Assembly (NCBI RefSeq): GCF_011745625.1
Contig: NW_027191459.1
Coordinates: 310,001-374,000, forward strand
Direction: 5' to 3'
DNA from: Cladosporium halotolerans
Taxonomy: Eukaryota
Length of the DNA: 64,000 nt
Shown: piece after piece, positions 11,987 through 23,472 of the stretch
Layout: every line of letters begins with the position of its first letter
Numbering within the stretch: position 1 is the first letter of the stretch
Position numbers and translations under genes: made by a program
The notes under the pieces: generated by a model
Seen by the model: only the letters and a program-made list of their open reading frames with translations
Database searches by the model: none
Told to the model about the DNA's origin: nothing

Positions 11987-14788
11987 ATGGCTACGACTCC
12001 CGTAGGCGACGTTCCGACGATATCCTCGTTGGAGGATTTCGACAACCTGGTCACAAAGCTTTTGAGGTGAGCTTCACGGCCCTTCCAACATCACCGCAGT
12101 AGTCACACCCTCGGCAAGCAGTAGTGCTGACGTGAGAATACGGAAGGCACATTTGTAAAGTAGTCACGGCCCCGTCGTCGTTCGAGGAACTGCGAACAAC
12201 TCATTACGCGCGGGCCTTACATCCGCTGGTCAAGCACTTGGTGGACAACGTCAATCACCCTGCCACAGTGCACGCCCTATTGTGAGTATACCAGTCTGAC
12301 ACGCTCTATTATACGGTATTGACTCCGATTTAGAGCGGTTAAAGGTCATTTCAGTGCTACAGAGGATGAAGATGACCGAGGTATCACCGCCGCGCGAGGC
12401 CTTGCATGTGAACTTGTGGCCTGGAGGTTTGTAACACACTTGACCGAACGAGACGCGATTGACCATCTGTGCTCGGACCTGGTGCAAAGAAGGCCATTTC
12501 AAGATGGTCGGCCTCACCAAGTCGCCGACGAAGAGTCCCCGCTGTTGCGAGACAGAGAAGCGGCTTCAGAGGAGCTGGGAGAGGACGACGATGCCGTCCT
12601 TGAGCCAACTGGTGGAGGCGAATCATTCGCCAAGAACTACGAGAGCTTGAATGCACTGGAAATTGCCGCCGTCTCTGGTGCGAAGAAGTTCTTGAGCCAG
12701 AAAGCGATACAGCGTATCATCGATGGTATGTGGCGAGGCGATATCATGTTCTGGCAGACCATGAGCCCACATGCTGTCAAACGAGCCACCGTCTACCACC
12801 CGAAGCGATTCGATCCATATACCAGATTGCGGGTGCCTCTGTACCTCAAGATATTTGAAGTCTTGTTTTTCGCTGCGTTCCTGGCGTTCTACTATACGGT
12901 TCTGGTACAGAGGTCGCTTCATGCTGTGACCGGAACAGAAGTCATGCTCTATGTTTGGCTCGCTGCCTTTGCGTACAACGGTACGTTGCGACTTCCCACG
13001 AGAACCTCTTACGCGATTCTAACAATCTCCATCAGAGCTTGTCGAGCTGTGCGACGCCGGCGTGACTTTCTACGCCGCGGACTTCTGGGCTATCTGGGAT
13101 TTGGGCATCATTGCCACGGGGATGTCGTTCTTCATCTGCAGGATGGTCGGCTTGAGCACAGATGACCACGTCACTACTGACACAGCCTTTGACATTCTGT
13201 CTGTCGAAGCCCTATTCCTCGTTCGGTAAGTCAAATTGAGATTTCGAACAGAAGGAAACTACTAATAATCCTTCAGTAAGTTTTGGTACTGGAATTGGAC
13301 TTCTGTGCTATTTTCTTCTAACTCATAATGACTGCTTTAGCGAGGATTTGCTCTCTACTCAGTCTCCATCCATACTTCGGGACGCTACTTCCATGCTTGA
13401 AGGAGATGACCAAAGACTTTATTAAGTTCCTTGGGCTGGTCTTCGTTCTATATCTGGGTTCGTATTGCGCCAAAACCATCCCACGAGCCAAGGCTAACAT
13501 GAGGAAGGCTTCAACACAACTTTTGGGTTCCTCGCACGCGGTACCTTTTCATTCCGGGAGATGAACTGGATCTTGATCAAAGTCTTCTTCGGCTCGAGCT
13601 ACCTTGGGTTTGTAAGTCCTTATCATTGCTCCGCGGAGGTTGCTTCGCCGCGCTAACTCGAGTGTTACCGCAGGACGTGGCAGAACAGGTATGCATCAAT
13701 CTCATGCTGTATTCGTGACACACATGCTGACTAGAAAAGGTTTCCCCTACCTTGGGACCAGGACTCATGCTCATTTTCTGCGCATTGACACAGTTCTTGT
13801 TACTCACCATCATTATCTGCTTGCTGTCCAACAGCCTCGAGAAGGTGGGCTTCCCGCACTCATCTAAGCGCCCGGACATCCAACAGCGAGCTAACGGGAT
13901 TCGGCTACATCGATAGGTCATGGAACACGCCCGAGACGAATACCTTTTTGTGTAAGTGGCGGAGCTACAGTTAATGACTGCGCCATCACCAGGCTAATTG
14001 CCGTCATACCAGCTACGCCGTCTACGTTTTGGAAGCTTCAACCTCCAATCGCTTGACCTACTTTCTCCCTCCACTGGTAAGCTACATTTTCGAACATGCC
14101 CGATCCATCCACACGTGCTCCTGCCATTCAGGATATGTTGGTCATGCGCACCTAGTCATGCAACGCGGACCATGTCGGGAAGCTTACATTCAAACGAGTT
14201 TGCTGGCTCTGCCAATGAGAAGTTTCTTTTGGGTAGCATATGTTGGACATGCAAGCTATTGAAATCTACATTGCTTGGGCGCACAGCACTTGCCATGTCG
14301 TCATCATTGCACTCATCGAGCCTCCGTTCTGGCTGACATGACACCCACAGAACCTTCTCCCCCTGCTACTCCGTCCGCTCCGGCTATTCGTCGCGCCTGA
14401 CAGCCTGCGCGCATGTCGCATTGCATTGCTCAAGGCAACCCACTGGCCGTTGGTGGCACTCATCCTTGCGTACGAGAACGGGCGGAGAGCCATCAGCGGT
14501 CGTAAGGAGTTTAGATCGTCCTTGACCACGCCCACCTCTTCGTCTTTGATGAGACGGCCTGTCTCCATGCAATCTCCGCTCATGAGCCACGGCGCTATTG
14601 GCTCGCCCCCAGGCAGGCAGAAGAACGCCGGCAATCTGTCGTCGGCGACCGGCGCCTCTGAATTCGAGAGCTCCCAGGGCAGGATCAATGCGCTCGAGAC
14701 ACTTGCAATCAGCTTGAAGTCGCAGCTGCAGACAGTGGAGTCCTTGATCGAGTCTGAAAAAGCTCGCAGCGCTGCACTGGATGCATGA
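11987..14788 (+). CDS. YVC1/TRPY1-like non-selective cation channel; 11 exons: 11987-12066, 12147-12281, 12334-12980, 13036-13224, 13341-13457, 13508-13611, 13674-13688, 13740-13844, 13917-13951, 14013-14076, 14351-14788
   Basis: Hand splicing gives a continuous frame: ARGLACELVAW, LNALEIAAVSGAKKFLSQ, RLRVPLY, AFDILSVEALFLVPRICSLLSLHPYFGTL, VFFGSSYLGF, YFLPPLNLLP, with multiple hydrophobic helices. Junctions are GT..AG except 13225-13340, which needs two-step splicing. Confidence 0.85.
13225..13340 (+). other. [D1,2] stwintron: internal intron 13226-13276 interrupts the donor of an external intron (G13225 + 13277-13340)
   Basis: Sequence C|G GTAAGT..ACTAAT..CTTCAG TAAGTT..TTCTAAC..TTTAG|CG. 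Only removal of all 116 nt keeps the frame (FLV-P-RICSLL). Confidence 0.85.
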
Positions 14789-15655
14789 CGAGGCCAGGTG
14801 GGCACCAACCAGGTCGCGGTGCAGACTCACCGGTACGGAGAGAATCTCCACACCGCAAGCTACTGAAGTTTGGTAAGGCATGCACTGCAGGTTAGCAGCA
14901 AATTGTTTGCCGCCGGCTCTGCGTGCACTTGCATGTGATGCTTCCGTAGCCGCGCTCCGTCCAAGGGCAGGGTGTGTTACTGGTTGACCACAGTAGCTTC
15001 TTCGCTGCGCCGCGTTTACCCCGGCCTAACGCCATCGGCTTTGGTCTAACGCACCGGCAACCCGCACGCTCGGGTCGTCGCCAAGCGACCAGCAAAGCCG
15101 TCTTTGCTCGTGCGTTGAGGGCAACGGCAGGGCTACCGGCCAGACATAGCACCCACGATGGCGCAGTCTCGCCGCAGTGTTGCAACACATATGAGCCCAA
15201 CTCCGATCCTGGGTGAACCCTCGAAGCATAGCCTTCCTGATCTTAGGCTGTCGACGTCCCTCCAGACCCTCGCTCTAACGCAAGCCTCATTCGCGCCTCC
15301 TTAGAGGCCATAACCGAGCAGCTAACACATGCAGACCCTAGAAAGTGCGCTATCCCGAATGATCTACCGTCCGCCTTGATGCATAGACCCTCATGGCTCT
15401 CGTCTTCACATGGGGTTGAGTCTAGGCGATCGTGGAACGCGGCATCGCTCTTAAGACAACTTGTGATGCCTTGTTTTCGTCCTCATCATCACATTCATCC
15501 TGTCAATACTCGAGTACAATTCTGAGGCTATTGCGTGAGTCCACGACGTGCTTTGCAATATCGAGGAACCAACGGCGCTCGATGCGTGCAGCCCGACGTC
15601 CCATCTGGAAGCGATCCTTAATCTTCACTTCATGCTTATTGCATGACTGAAGTCA

Positions 15656-16949
15656 ATGATGAGTTATTATCCGAGCGCTGGACCAAAGAGCAACCGCCAT
15701 GCTTCGCATTCGGGCGTGACACACGGCAGGCCTCAGCCAATTTCGACGGACCCGATGGAGACAACCAATTACAGTGCGCCGCACATGATGCCCTCCATGT
15801 ATCCATGGACCGGCTGGAACCAGCAGACAGCTTTCCAGTCTGGCACCATGCCACCCTCGGAACAAGTTGACTACACCAGCACCATGCGAAGCGCTGCAGG
15901 TCTTCCATATCTCCCTCCGACAGAAGGGCCCTCAGGAATCCCAAAAGGACACAACCCGCAGACAATTCAACCGTCGTATGTGTCTCCATATGCCGGTGTA
16001 TACGACAGCTCCCGTGTCATGGGATCGAACACGTCCTTGGATTGTCCAACATGGTCTTCGAACCATGTGCCTCTCAATTCACAACAACCATCTCCGAACC
16101 GATCGGATGGCAGCGTTACCACGCAGTTTTCCTCTCTTTCTTCACCTTACGGCGGTCCATCGCCTCTAGTCAAAGTGGAAGCTCAATGCGACCATCAGAC
16201 ATACGATCCACGATACTTTGTCGACAGTACTATGCAAAATCAGCCAAGGTTCGGCGGATCGGACATGAGCGGCACAGCCTCATCGCGGCCAAACAAACCT
16301 GTACGATTTTCGGACGATGTAAAGTACACCATCGAGCCTTATCAGACGTGTGACCTCCAGTCGCTTTCTTTATCGGACCCGAGAGTATTGACTCCGGACC
16401 CTTCGTCGACTCGTGCCTACAACTCTCCAGACGCCAGCGACCTCCAGTGCGGAGTCTGCGGCAAGCTATTCCAACGGGAAAACAACTTGAGGACGCACAT
16501 GAGAACACATGATCCTAACAGAGTTCACACTCATGTGTGCGACTATCCCGACTGCGGCGCCGTCATTGGTAGGAAAACCGATCTAGCCCGCCACCGGAAT
16601 AGCGTGAGTCCGCCATGGCAACAGCCTGCACCTGGGGAGTATTGATTACTGACTAGACTTCAGGTGCATTTGAAAAAGCGCCCATACCAATGCCAGCAGT
16701 GTGAGAGGTGTTTCGGGCGTGACGACATACTCAAAAGGTTGGTTCAGGACTCGTCATGCGACACTCAACAAGACCACGTGGGCTGACGACACCAACAGAC
16801 ATACCGCAGATGGTTGCTCAAAGCGGTCCGAGGTCAAAAAGCCATCGGGTAGGAGCCATCGACCGAGGACGAGGCGGTCCTCCTCCAACCTGATCTGCAC
16901 ACCATCGCCTGCGTCGTCCCCGGTTCATTGCCCAATGCCTCCGAACTAG
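15656..16949 (+). CDS. C2H2 zinc-finger transcription factor with three C-terminal fingers; introns 16604-16663 and about 16738-16798
   Basis: CGVCGKLFQRENNLRTHMRTH, CDYPDCGAVIGRKTDLARHRNS|VH and CQQCERCFGRDDILKR|H, reconstructed across canonical introns; P/S/Q-rich N-terminus. Confidence 0.88.
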
Positions 16950-18323
16950 TGCCTGGCGTGGGAAGATTGCGGGCATCGCCTATCAGTGAATGACACCCGG
17001 GCTAAATGACTTACTATTGGCAAGGAGATTGGCGAGCGGCTTTCTGAGCGTTCTTGCATTTTGTACAGGAGGAGAGGTGTTTTTGAAGCTTTCGGGGTGG
17101 CCTTAGAATGTTTCTGTTGCAATTCACGTCACGATCAATGGGGGATTCTTATGGAATCAAAGATGGTAGCAATTTGTCAATCCGCGGTTCATTCGCCAAC
17201 TCTCAAACTCGCGTGCCACCTGCATACCTTGCGTGCAATACACTGATTTCCTCACAACGACCGCCCATGCTTCGGGGCTCACGACCGCCTAGCCGAAATC
17301 ACATGAGCACAATCCGCTGCGCCCAGACGAGATGCCAGCTTCGGATCACTGTGCCGCCGCGGAGGGCAGACCTAGGGACCCGAGGCTGCCATCGGGTGAG
17401 CGAGGACGATGGGCAGCAAGGCTCGAGCCATGGCCACGATCGCGGGATCTTCACAGTACGCAATCTAACGGGGGCGCCGGATCTAAATTTCCCGCGCTAC
17501 GCAATGTCGCTCCCACACACTGCCCTGCTCGCCCTGGCCGAATCGTTGGGGGACAAATGGCCCCGGTCCCGCCTTTAAGCGCCGATGGAGGCCGTTCAAC
17601 GCTCCGCCCGCACTACTACTGCTCGGCAGGTGGGAATCGAAGCCGCGATCGACGAGAGCTCTGGTGGCTTGAATTCACCCTGTCGTGCAGATTTGCAGAT
17701 GTTGGTACTCTTGAGTCAGCGATATTAAAGATGCTGGTGCCGGTGGGATGCATGGCAGGGTCGTGATCCTCTCGCTGCTCCATTTCGTCGACGACGTGCG
17801 TTCAATAAGCGACGACTTTCAGAATTGAACGTACTGCACGCACATCGTCAGCTCTGCGAAGTGGGGACGAGCCCTACCCCACCATTGAAACGTAAATGGG
17901 GCATGCTGCCTCCCAAGAGATACCTTAGGGGCGTGAGGTGGTAGAGTCGGTTGCACGCATTGCAAGGGTGAAGTTGGCGGCAGGTCGGCTGAAGGATGCC
18001 GGACCCACCAGCTAGCCCTTCGTCCCACAGTCGCTCATGTAGACGTGTCACATTTCGGCGTGGTGCCGCATTTCGGTCGGCGGGCTAAGCGACCCAATCA
18101 CTAAATTACCCGGCACTCGACTTCATCTGGTTGGCGGCTAAGCACGATACCTGCTTGTGATGGGCCGCAAGGCTCGAGCCTTCGAAATCCTCCGGGCCCT
18201 TCGGACGCCGCTTGGGCAGGAAGGATCAGAAATGGATGGAAGGATGAATGCTCGTGGCTGGAATGATATTATTGTAGAGAATCTGGAAGGGACGGCAGTA
18301 GCTCGAAAGCGTCGTCCCTTGGC

Positions 18324-20516
18324 TCAAGCACCTGTGCTCGTGAGGCCACCAGCAAGACCTGCACCTCCCATGCTTCGCCGCACCCTCTCTCTGCCTTCTT
18401 TTCTAGTTGCTTTTGCTACTTCATCTAGCCCCTGTGCCACCAGCCCTTTGAAGTCGACTCCAACTTCGCCCAGGACCTGTGCCTGCTCCCGCACGACGCT
18501 GACACAATCCTCCCATAGCTCGCTGCCCCATTCGACTGAGCTCAGCTGCCTCTGTAGTGACGCGTTGAACTCGTCCACCCTTTCTTTAGCCCACTTTACA
18601 ACTGCAGACCCCGAAGAAGATGGAAAACTAGTGCTGAAAGTGCGGAAAGTATGTACGAGCATAGAGAATGTGACGAAGGACAAGGCGTGCAGGTAAGGCG
18701 GCAGAGCGCCCCGGAACGGTAGCTGTCTTGTCCGCAGACGCAGAGTCTCAGTGCGTGCCTCAAGATAGCGAGAGCGAGCAAGTTCCTCGAAGCCAAGTCG
18801 TAATAGCCAGTGAACATTCTCTCTCGTCTTCTCCGCACCGCCAGATGTTTGACTGAGTTGGCGAGCGATTGATGAGGCGAGACGAGACGCGCGCTCGTTG
18901 ACTTTCGACATGATGATGTCTTGCGCGATCGCGTTGCCTTTGATACTTCTCCCGAGCTTTCGGAGCTTCTCCACTTTGCTGACGGCCTCCTCAAATCGTT
19001 GCAACGCGATGTCGATGTCCAAGCCATCGATCTGTGACTCGACATGGCGAATGCTCTGCTGACGACCTTCCGCGTCGACCAGGATAGAGTTACTTCTACT
19101 CAGACCGCCCAATTTCGCGTCTTGGTTCTCTGATCGCTCCAGTGCGGCCGCGGCAGCCTTTTTGAGAGATCGAGGATCTTTTCCGGTGAGCATTGCCAAT
19201 TCGTCGACAGCCCTTTCACGCTCACCATGTTCGCGTGCTATTTGCTTGCGCAGATCTTCCTGAGCTTTGCGGAATGCGATAAGCATGCCGGCCTTTTCAG
19301 CGGCATCTGAGGTGGCATATGTGAAGCTCTCATTGCCGGCACGAATATTGACCGCATTGCGGACTGCGTCGTTTTCTTTCTGTCGTCCAACGGCTTGAGC
19401 TTGAGTTCCGCTAAGGTCCGCAAGAGAGACGTCCTGCAGATTCCAACACCTGTCTGTGACGAGGATCGTTTGTGATTGTGGGTTGTACATGCTCTGGCGA
19501 TTGTTCTTCGGATTTGAGTTTGGTCCTTGACCTGCAAGGATATCGTTGCGTTTCTTTTCGCTTGCGATGAGCAGATGGTCGTTCAGCAAGACAAGCACTA
19601 CTCGTCTTCTCGGCTTCCAAGTCGCGGCGTTTAGCTCAACCCACCTCTGACTCTCCATGATGATATGTCGTCCGGGAAGCGCAGGCAGGTGCTTCTGACT
19701 ACCTTCAACTCGCTTCCATAACGTCTGTAGGTGCGTGGTCCACATCGCTTCCAGGTTTGCGACACTGCTCCTATTCGCGCGCTTCCTGTCGGCCAAAGAC
19801 ATGCCATTCGAGCCATTGAGCTCCGCCCCACCCGCATTTGTCGCGTGACCCAGCGTCCCCGTCAGCTCGCTCATGAGCGTCCTCAGTGTCCGCATCTCCG
19901 ATTTCAGCTTGTCCGCCTCTTTCGAGATCCTGATGAATTGGGTCCGGTTCTGGTACACGTTGTGTTGCAGATCGGCGCTAGTATGTGCCTTGAGGTTCTG
20001 CAAGTCGTTTTGGTATCCTTGGATGTCGCTCTCGGACGCCTCCGCCAGGATGCTCTGGACATACTTCTCCGCCTGGAGTTTGGGATCCGCGAGCGCTCGG
20101 GGGTCGACTTTCAATGGACCAGGACCTCGACTCTGACTGCGACCGTCTCTCGAAGGACTCTTGCTAGCGCCTCGACCTTGGTCGCGGGCATATTGGGCTG
20201 GTATATTAGGGATTGTAGGCACGGGCGGTACGAGACCAGCGGTTGCGTCCTGCGGCAGGGCAGCGAATCGGGTGCTGTATCTTCGCTTGACCAGATCACT
20301 TGTGGTATCGCCACCAGTAGAGCCACTTATGCTCGGCCGTGCTTCTCGAGCTCTCGGAGCCTCGAGCTTGTTGTTTCCTGGTGCGCCGGCAGCAGGGCCA
20401 TCCCACCGAGAGTCGGCGCTGCGATCGCGCGGCTGGATCTGTCGAGGCGCGGATATTGTAGGGCGGGTGCTCGTCTTCTTCCGCCGCAGCGACAGACCCT
20501 TCTTGTCCTCCGACAT
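18324..20516 (-). CDS. EXO84: Exocyst complex component Exo84
   Basis: LVKRRYSTRF, DLQHNVYQNRTQFIRISKE, PH-like WVELNAATWK..LLNDHLLIA, LDIDIALQRFEEAV, LLRLGFE. Confidence 0.92.
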   Translation of the reverse strand: MSEDKKGLSLRRKKTSTRPTISAPRQIQPRDRSADSRWDGPAAGAPGNNKLEAPRAREARPSISGSTGGDTTSDLVKRRYSTRFAALPQDATAGLVPPVPTIPNIPAQYARDQGRGASKSPSRDGRSQSRGPGPLKVDPRALADPKLQAEKYVQSILAEASESDIQGYQNDLQNLKAHTSADLQHNVYQNRTQFIRISKEADKLKSEMRTLRTLMSELTGTLGHATNAGGAELNGSNGMSLADRKRANRSSVANLEAMWTTHLQTLWKRVEGSQKHLPALPGRHIIMESQRWVELNAATWKPRRRVVLVLLNDHLLIASEKKRNDILAGQGPNSNPKNNRQSMYNPQSQTILVTDRCWNLQDVSLADLSGTQAQAVGRQKENDAVRNAVNIRAGNESFTYATSDAAEKAGMLIAFRKAQEDLRKQIAREHGERERAVDELAMLTGKDPRSLKKAAAAALERSENQDAKLGGLSRSNSILVDAEGRQQSIRHVESQIDGLDIDIALQRFEEAVSKVEKLRKLGRSIKGNAIAQDIIMSKVNERASRLASSIARQLSQTSGGAEKTRENVHWLLRLGFEELARSRYLEARTETLRLRTRQLPFRGALPPYLHALSFVTFSMLVHTFRTFSTSFPSSSGSAVVKWAKERVDEFNASLQRQLSSVEWGSELWEDCVSVVREQAQVLGEVGVDFKGLVAQGLDEVAKATRKEGRERVRRSMGGAGLAGGLTSTGA

Positions 20517-20827
20517 GATCCGGTATTATGTGCACGTGGCCGTTGCAGGGCACGTTGGAGTGAACCGCTCGCAGGTCGCTGGCCGGTGCGGGTAGGGTAC
20601 GTAGCCACGCGCGGAGGTCGGGTGGTCGAGGGAGCTGGCTGGCACGCTTCGAGGCACGGCCCACATGCAAGCCAAAAGTTCAGGATGGCATCGATGCCGG
20701 GAAACATCCAGCAACATCCGCATCAACCTCTTTACGACCTCGCATCCATCTTGCACGTCGTCGCCGGACTGTCTCAAACCACGGACCGCCGCCAATTTCG
20801 ATAAAAAGCGCGCTACAACCTCACAAG

Positions 20828-21404
20828 ATGGCCTCCCAAAACCAGCAGATCTCGACATCAACTGTCATCCTCGCAACCGCCGGTACTCTTGCCGCCGGTG
20901 CTCTCGCTTACGCTGTCTACTTCGACTACCGTCGCCGCTCAGACCCCGAGTTCCGCAAGTCGCTGAAGAAGCAGCACAAGAAGGTGTCTAAGGCGAAGGA
21001 GGAGGAGGCCAAGGCCGCCGAGAAGGGCCAGAAGGAGAGGATCAAGCAGGCCGTTGAGGAGGCCAACGAGGAGGGCTTCCCCAGAGACCCCGAGGAGACC
21101 GAGGGCTACTTCATGCAGGAGGTCGCCCGCGGTGAGGGCATGTGCCAGGACGGCTCCGACCCCGTTGACGCTGCGCTGTGCTTCTACAAGGCTCTCAAGG
21201 TCTACCCGCAGCCCAGAGAGCTCATCACCATCTACGACAAGACTGTGCCGAAGGTATGTGATGACAGTTCCGGCCTTGCGTTGAATTTCACTGACAACAT
21301 CTTCCTAGCCCATCCTCGACATCCTCGCCGAGATGATCGCCGTCGACCCCAGCATATCCGTCAGCAGCTCCACCGCCGGCGCCGACTCCAGCAACGTCGA
21401 GTAA
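20828..21404 (+). CDS. TOM20: Mitochondrial import receptor Tom20; intron 21254-21308
   Basis: N-terminal TM followed by YAVYFDYRRRSDPEFRK, FYKALKVYPQP, and YDKTVPK|PILDILAEMIA after splicing. Confidence 0.95.
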
Positions 21405-22010
21405 TCTCTCAGACAAGAGCATCTGAAACTGTCATCATCACTATGAAAGAAGGGCGGCCGCAAGCCGCGATTGTATGAAAGTGGGAGTAAGCATGGGTCG
21501 CATTTATTGTGAGCGGGAGCCTGGGCAGCTTTTGAGCGGGGCGGCCACTCATGTCACGGCTGCTCGTTGTATACAAGTGTACATTAACTGTTTTGAAAGA
21601 TTTGAAAGTTACGCCTCTCAGGAACCGGACAAATACCAGACATGAGCCGGTTGCGTGAACCGTAGCCAAGCGTTTCAAAGTCGAAATCATCGACAGCTTC
21701 GTTTCCATGGCACTTCGAAGTCATGCAGATGACGTACGTATTAAAGATCATATGCTGTAATTAACGTTCCCATTGTCTCGATTTATAGGCAGGAAGTGAT
21801 AGCTTCTTTCGTCTGTCCTCTCGGCAAGCTTCGGTACCGCGCTGTTACTTTGTCCCGATTGCCGATCCTTCGATGCTGCGATCTCGGCGACGACCTGTCT
21901 GGCGAATATGAACGTCAATATCAACATTTCAATTTGCACAAGCTAAATTGACATACAATAATCACTTCACTCCAGCGTTTAGTACAGCTCTGTCGTCATC
22001 CATCGCAACA

Positions 22011-23366
22011 ATGGCCTTCGCCAGGCCATGCGCTTTGCCGAAGCTGTGGCGGGGATCCATCGCGACAATTGAATCAACACAATCACCTACCGTACTGTCA
22101 ATGCGAAACCCTACTCAATTGTTCAAAACTCAAAGTCAATCGATTCCTCATACCCTTAACCATGTCCGGAGATTCGCATACACACCACAAAAGTTGCAAG
22201 ATACGCCAACCTCCCTAAACGCCACCCTCCCCCTCGCTGGCACCCTCGTCGTCGCCCTCGAACAAGCAATCGCCGGCCCCTTCTGCACCCGCCAGCTCGC
22301 TGACCTAGGCGCACGCGTCATCAAAATCGAGCGCCCGGGCAAAGGCGACTTCAACCGCGACCACGACGCGCGCGTCAACGGCCTCTGCTCGCACTTCGTC
22401 TGGACGAACCGCAGCAAAGAGTCGCTCGCGCTCGACCTCAAGGACCCCAAGGACCTCGCGGCGCTCCGTAAGATCCTGGTCAAAGCCGACGTGCTCGTGC
22501 AGAACCTCGCGCCCGGCGCCACGGAGCGCCTGGGGCTGGGCTACGAGACGCTGAGGGAGCAGCACCCGGGCTTGATCGTGTGTGAGATTTCTGGGTATGG
22601 GTCTACGGGCCCGTATAGGAACAAGAAGGCGTACGATCTGCTGATTCAGGCCGAGGCGGGTTTCTTGAGCGTTACCGGGTCGCCGGGCATGCCTGCCAAG
22701 GCGGGCATTAGCATTGCTGATATTGCTGCTGGCACGACGGCGTACAATAACATTCTTGCGGCGCTGCTGGCAAGGCATAAGACTGGTAAGGGCTGCAGGC
22801 TCGATGTCAGCATGCTCGAGAGTATGGCGGAGTGGATGAGCTTCCCAATGTATTATGCTTACGATGGCGCTTCTGCGCCTGCGATGGCTGGTGCGGAGCA
22901 TGCGAGTATCTTTCCTTACGGGCCGTTCGAGACTGGCGGCGCTGGGACGGTAATGCTGGGAATGCAGAATGAGCGGGAGTGGGGGATATTCTGCAGGGAG
23001 GTTCTGGGTCGGGAGGAGCTGCTCGAAGACGAGCGGTTTGGCTCGACGGCGAAGAGGAGCAAGAATCGGAAGGAGCTGAAGAAGATCATCGAGGACGTGT
23101 TCCAGGGTGCTGATGCTGAGACTTGGTTGGAGCGGTTGCAGACTGCTGGCATAGCGAATGCGAAAGTGAACGACATGGAAGGGCTGTGGAAACATCCGCA
23201 GCTGAAAGCCCGCGACAGGTGGAGTGAGGTTGAGACTAGCAGAGGGAAGATACCCGCGCTGAAGCCTGCGGGTGCTGCACAGGGCTTGGCTGTTCGCATG
23301 GATCCCATACCAGATGTAGATGAGCACGGAAAGGACATTCTGAAGGAGTTTGGTATTGAGAAATGA
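22011..23366 (+). CDS. Family III CoA-transferase (CaiB/BaiF), probable mitochondrial presequence
   Basis: LEQAIAGPFCTRQLADLGARVIKIERPGKGD, NRSKESLALDLK, ADVLVQN, SGYGSTGPY, AYDLLIQAEAG; Arg/Ser-rich N-terminus. Confidence 0.92.
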   Translation: MAFARPCALPKLWRGSIATIESTQSPTVLSMRNPTQLFKTQSQSIPHTLNHVRRFAYTPQKLQDTPTSLNATLPLAGTLVVALEQAIAGPFCTRQLADLGARVIKIERPGKGDFNRDHDARVNGLCSHFVWTNRSKESLALDLKDPKDLAALRKILVKADVLVQNLAPGATERLGLGYETLREQHPGLIVCEISGYGSTGPYRNKKAYDLLIQAEAGFLSVTGSPGMPAKAGISIADIAAGTTAYNNILAALLARHKTGKGCRLDVSMLESMAEWMSFPMYYAYDGASAPAMAGAEHASIFPYGPFETGGAGTVMLGMQNEREWGIFCREVLGREELLEDERFGSTAKRSKNRKELKKIIEDVFQGADAETWLERLQTAGIANAKVNDMEGLWKHPQLKARDRWSEVETSRGKIPALKPAGAAQGLAVRMDPIPDVDEHGKDILKEFGIEK

Positions 23367-23472
23367 AATGCGATTGCTCATGTGTGTCTGCTCTAGAGCC
23401 GGATATTTGAACGAAGGAAAGTACGTCTAACGTTACTCATCATGCTGTGTCTATCATCTTTTGGAATGCTTC

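Noticed and set aside
16950..18320. 100-180 aa ORFs between the C2H2 TF and EXO84; possible telomerase RNA
   Set aside because: No coding signature and no TAACCCTAA-type template found.
19731..20804. 357-aa + strand ORF
   Set aside because: Antisense to EXO84; Arg-rich off-strand composition.
22305..23381. 358-aa minus strand ORF
   Set aside because: Antisense shadow of the CoA-transferase.
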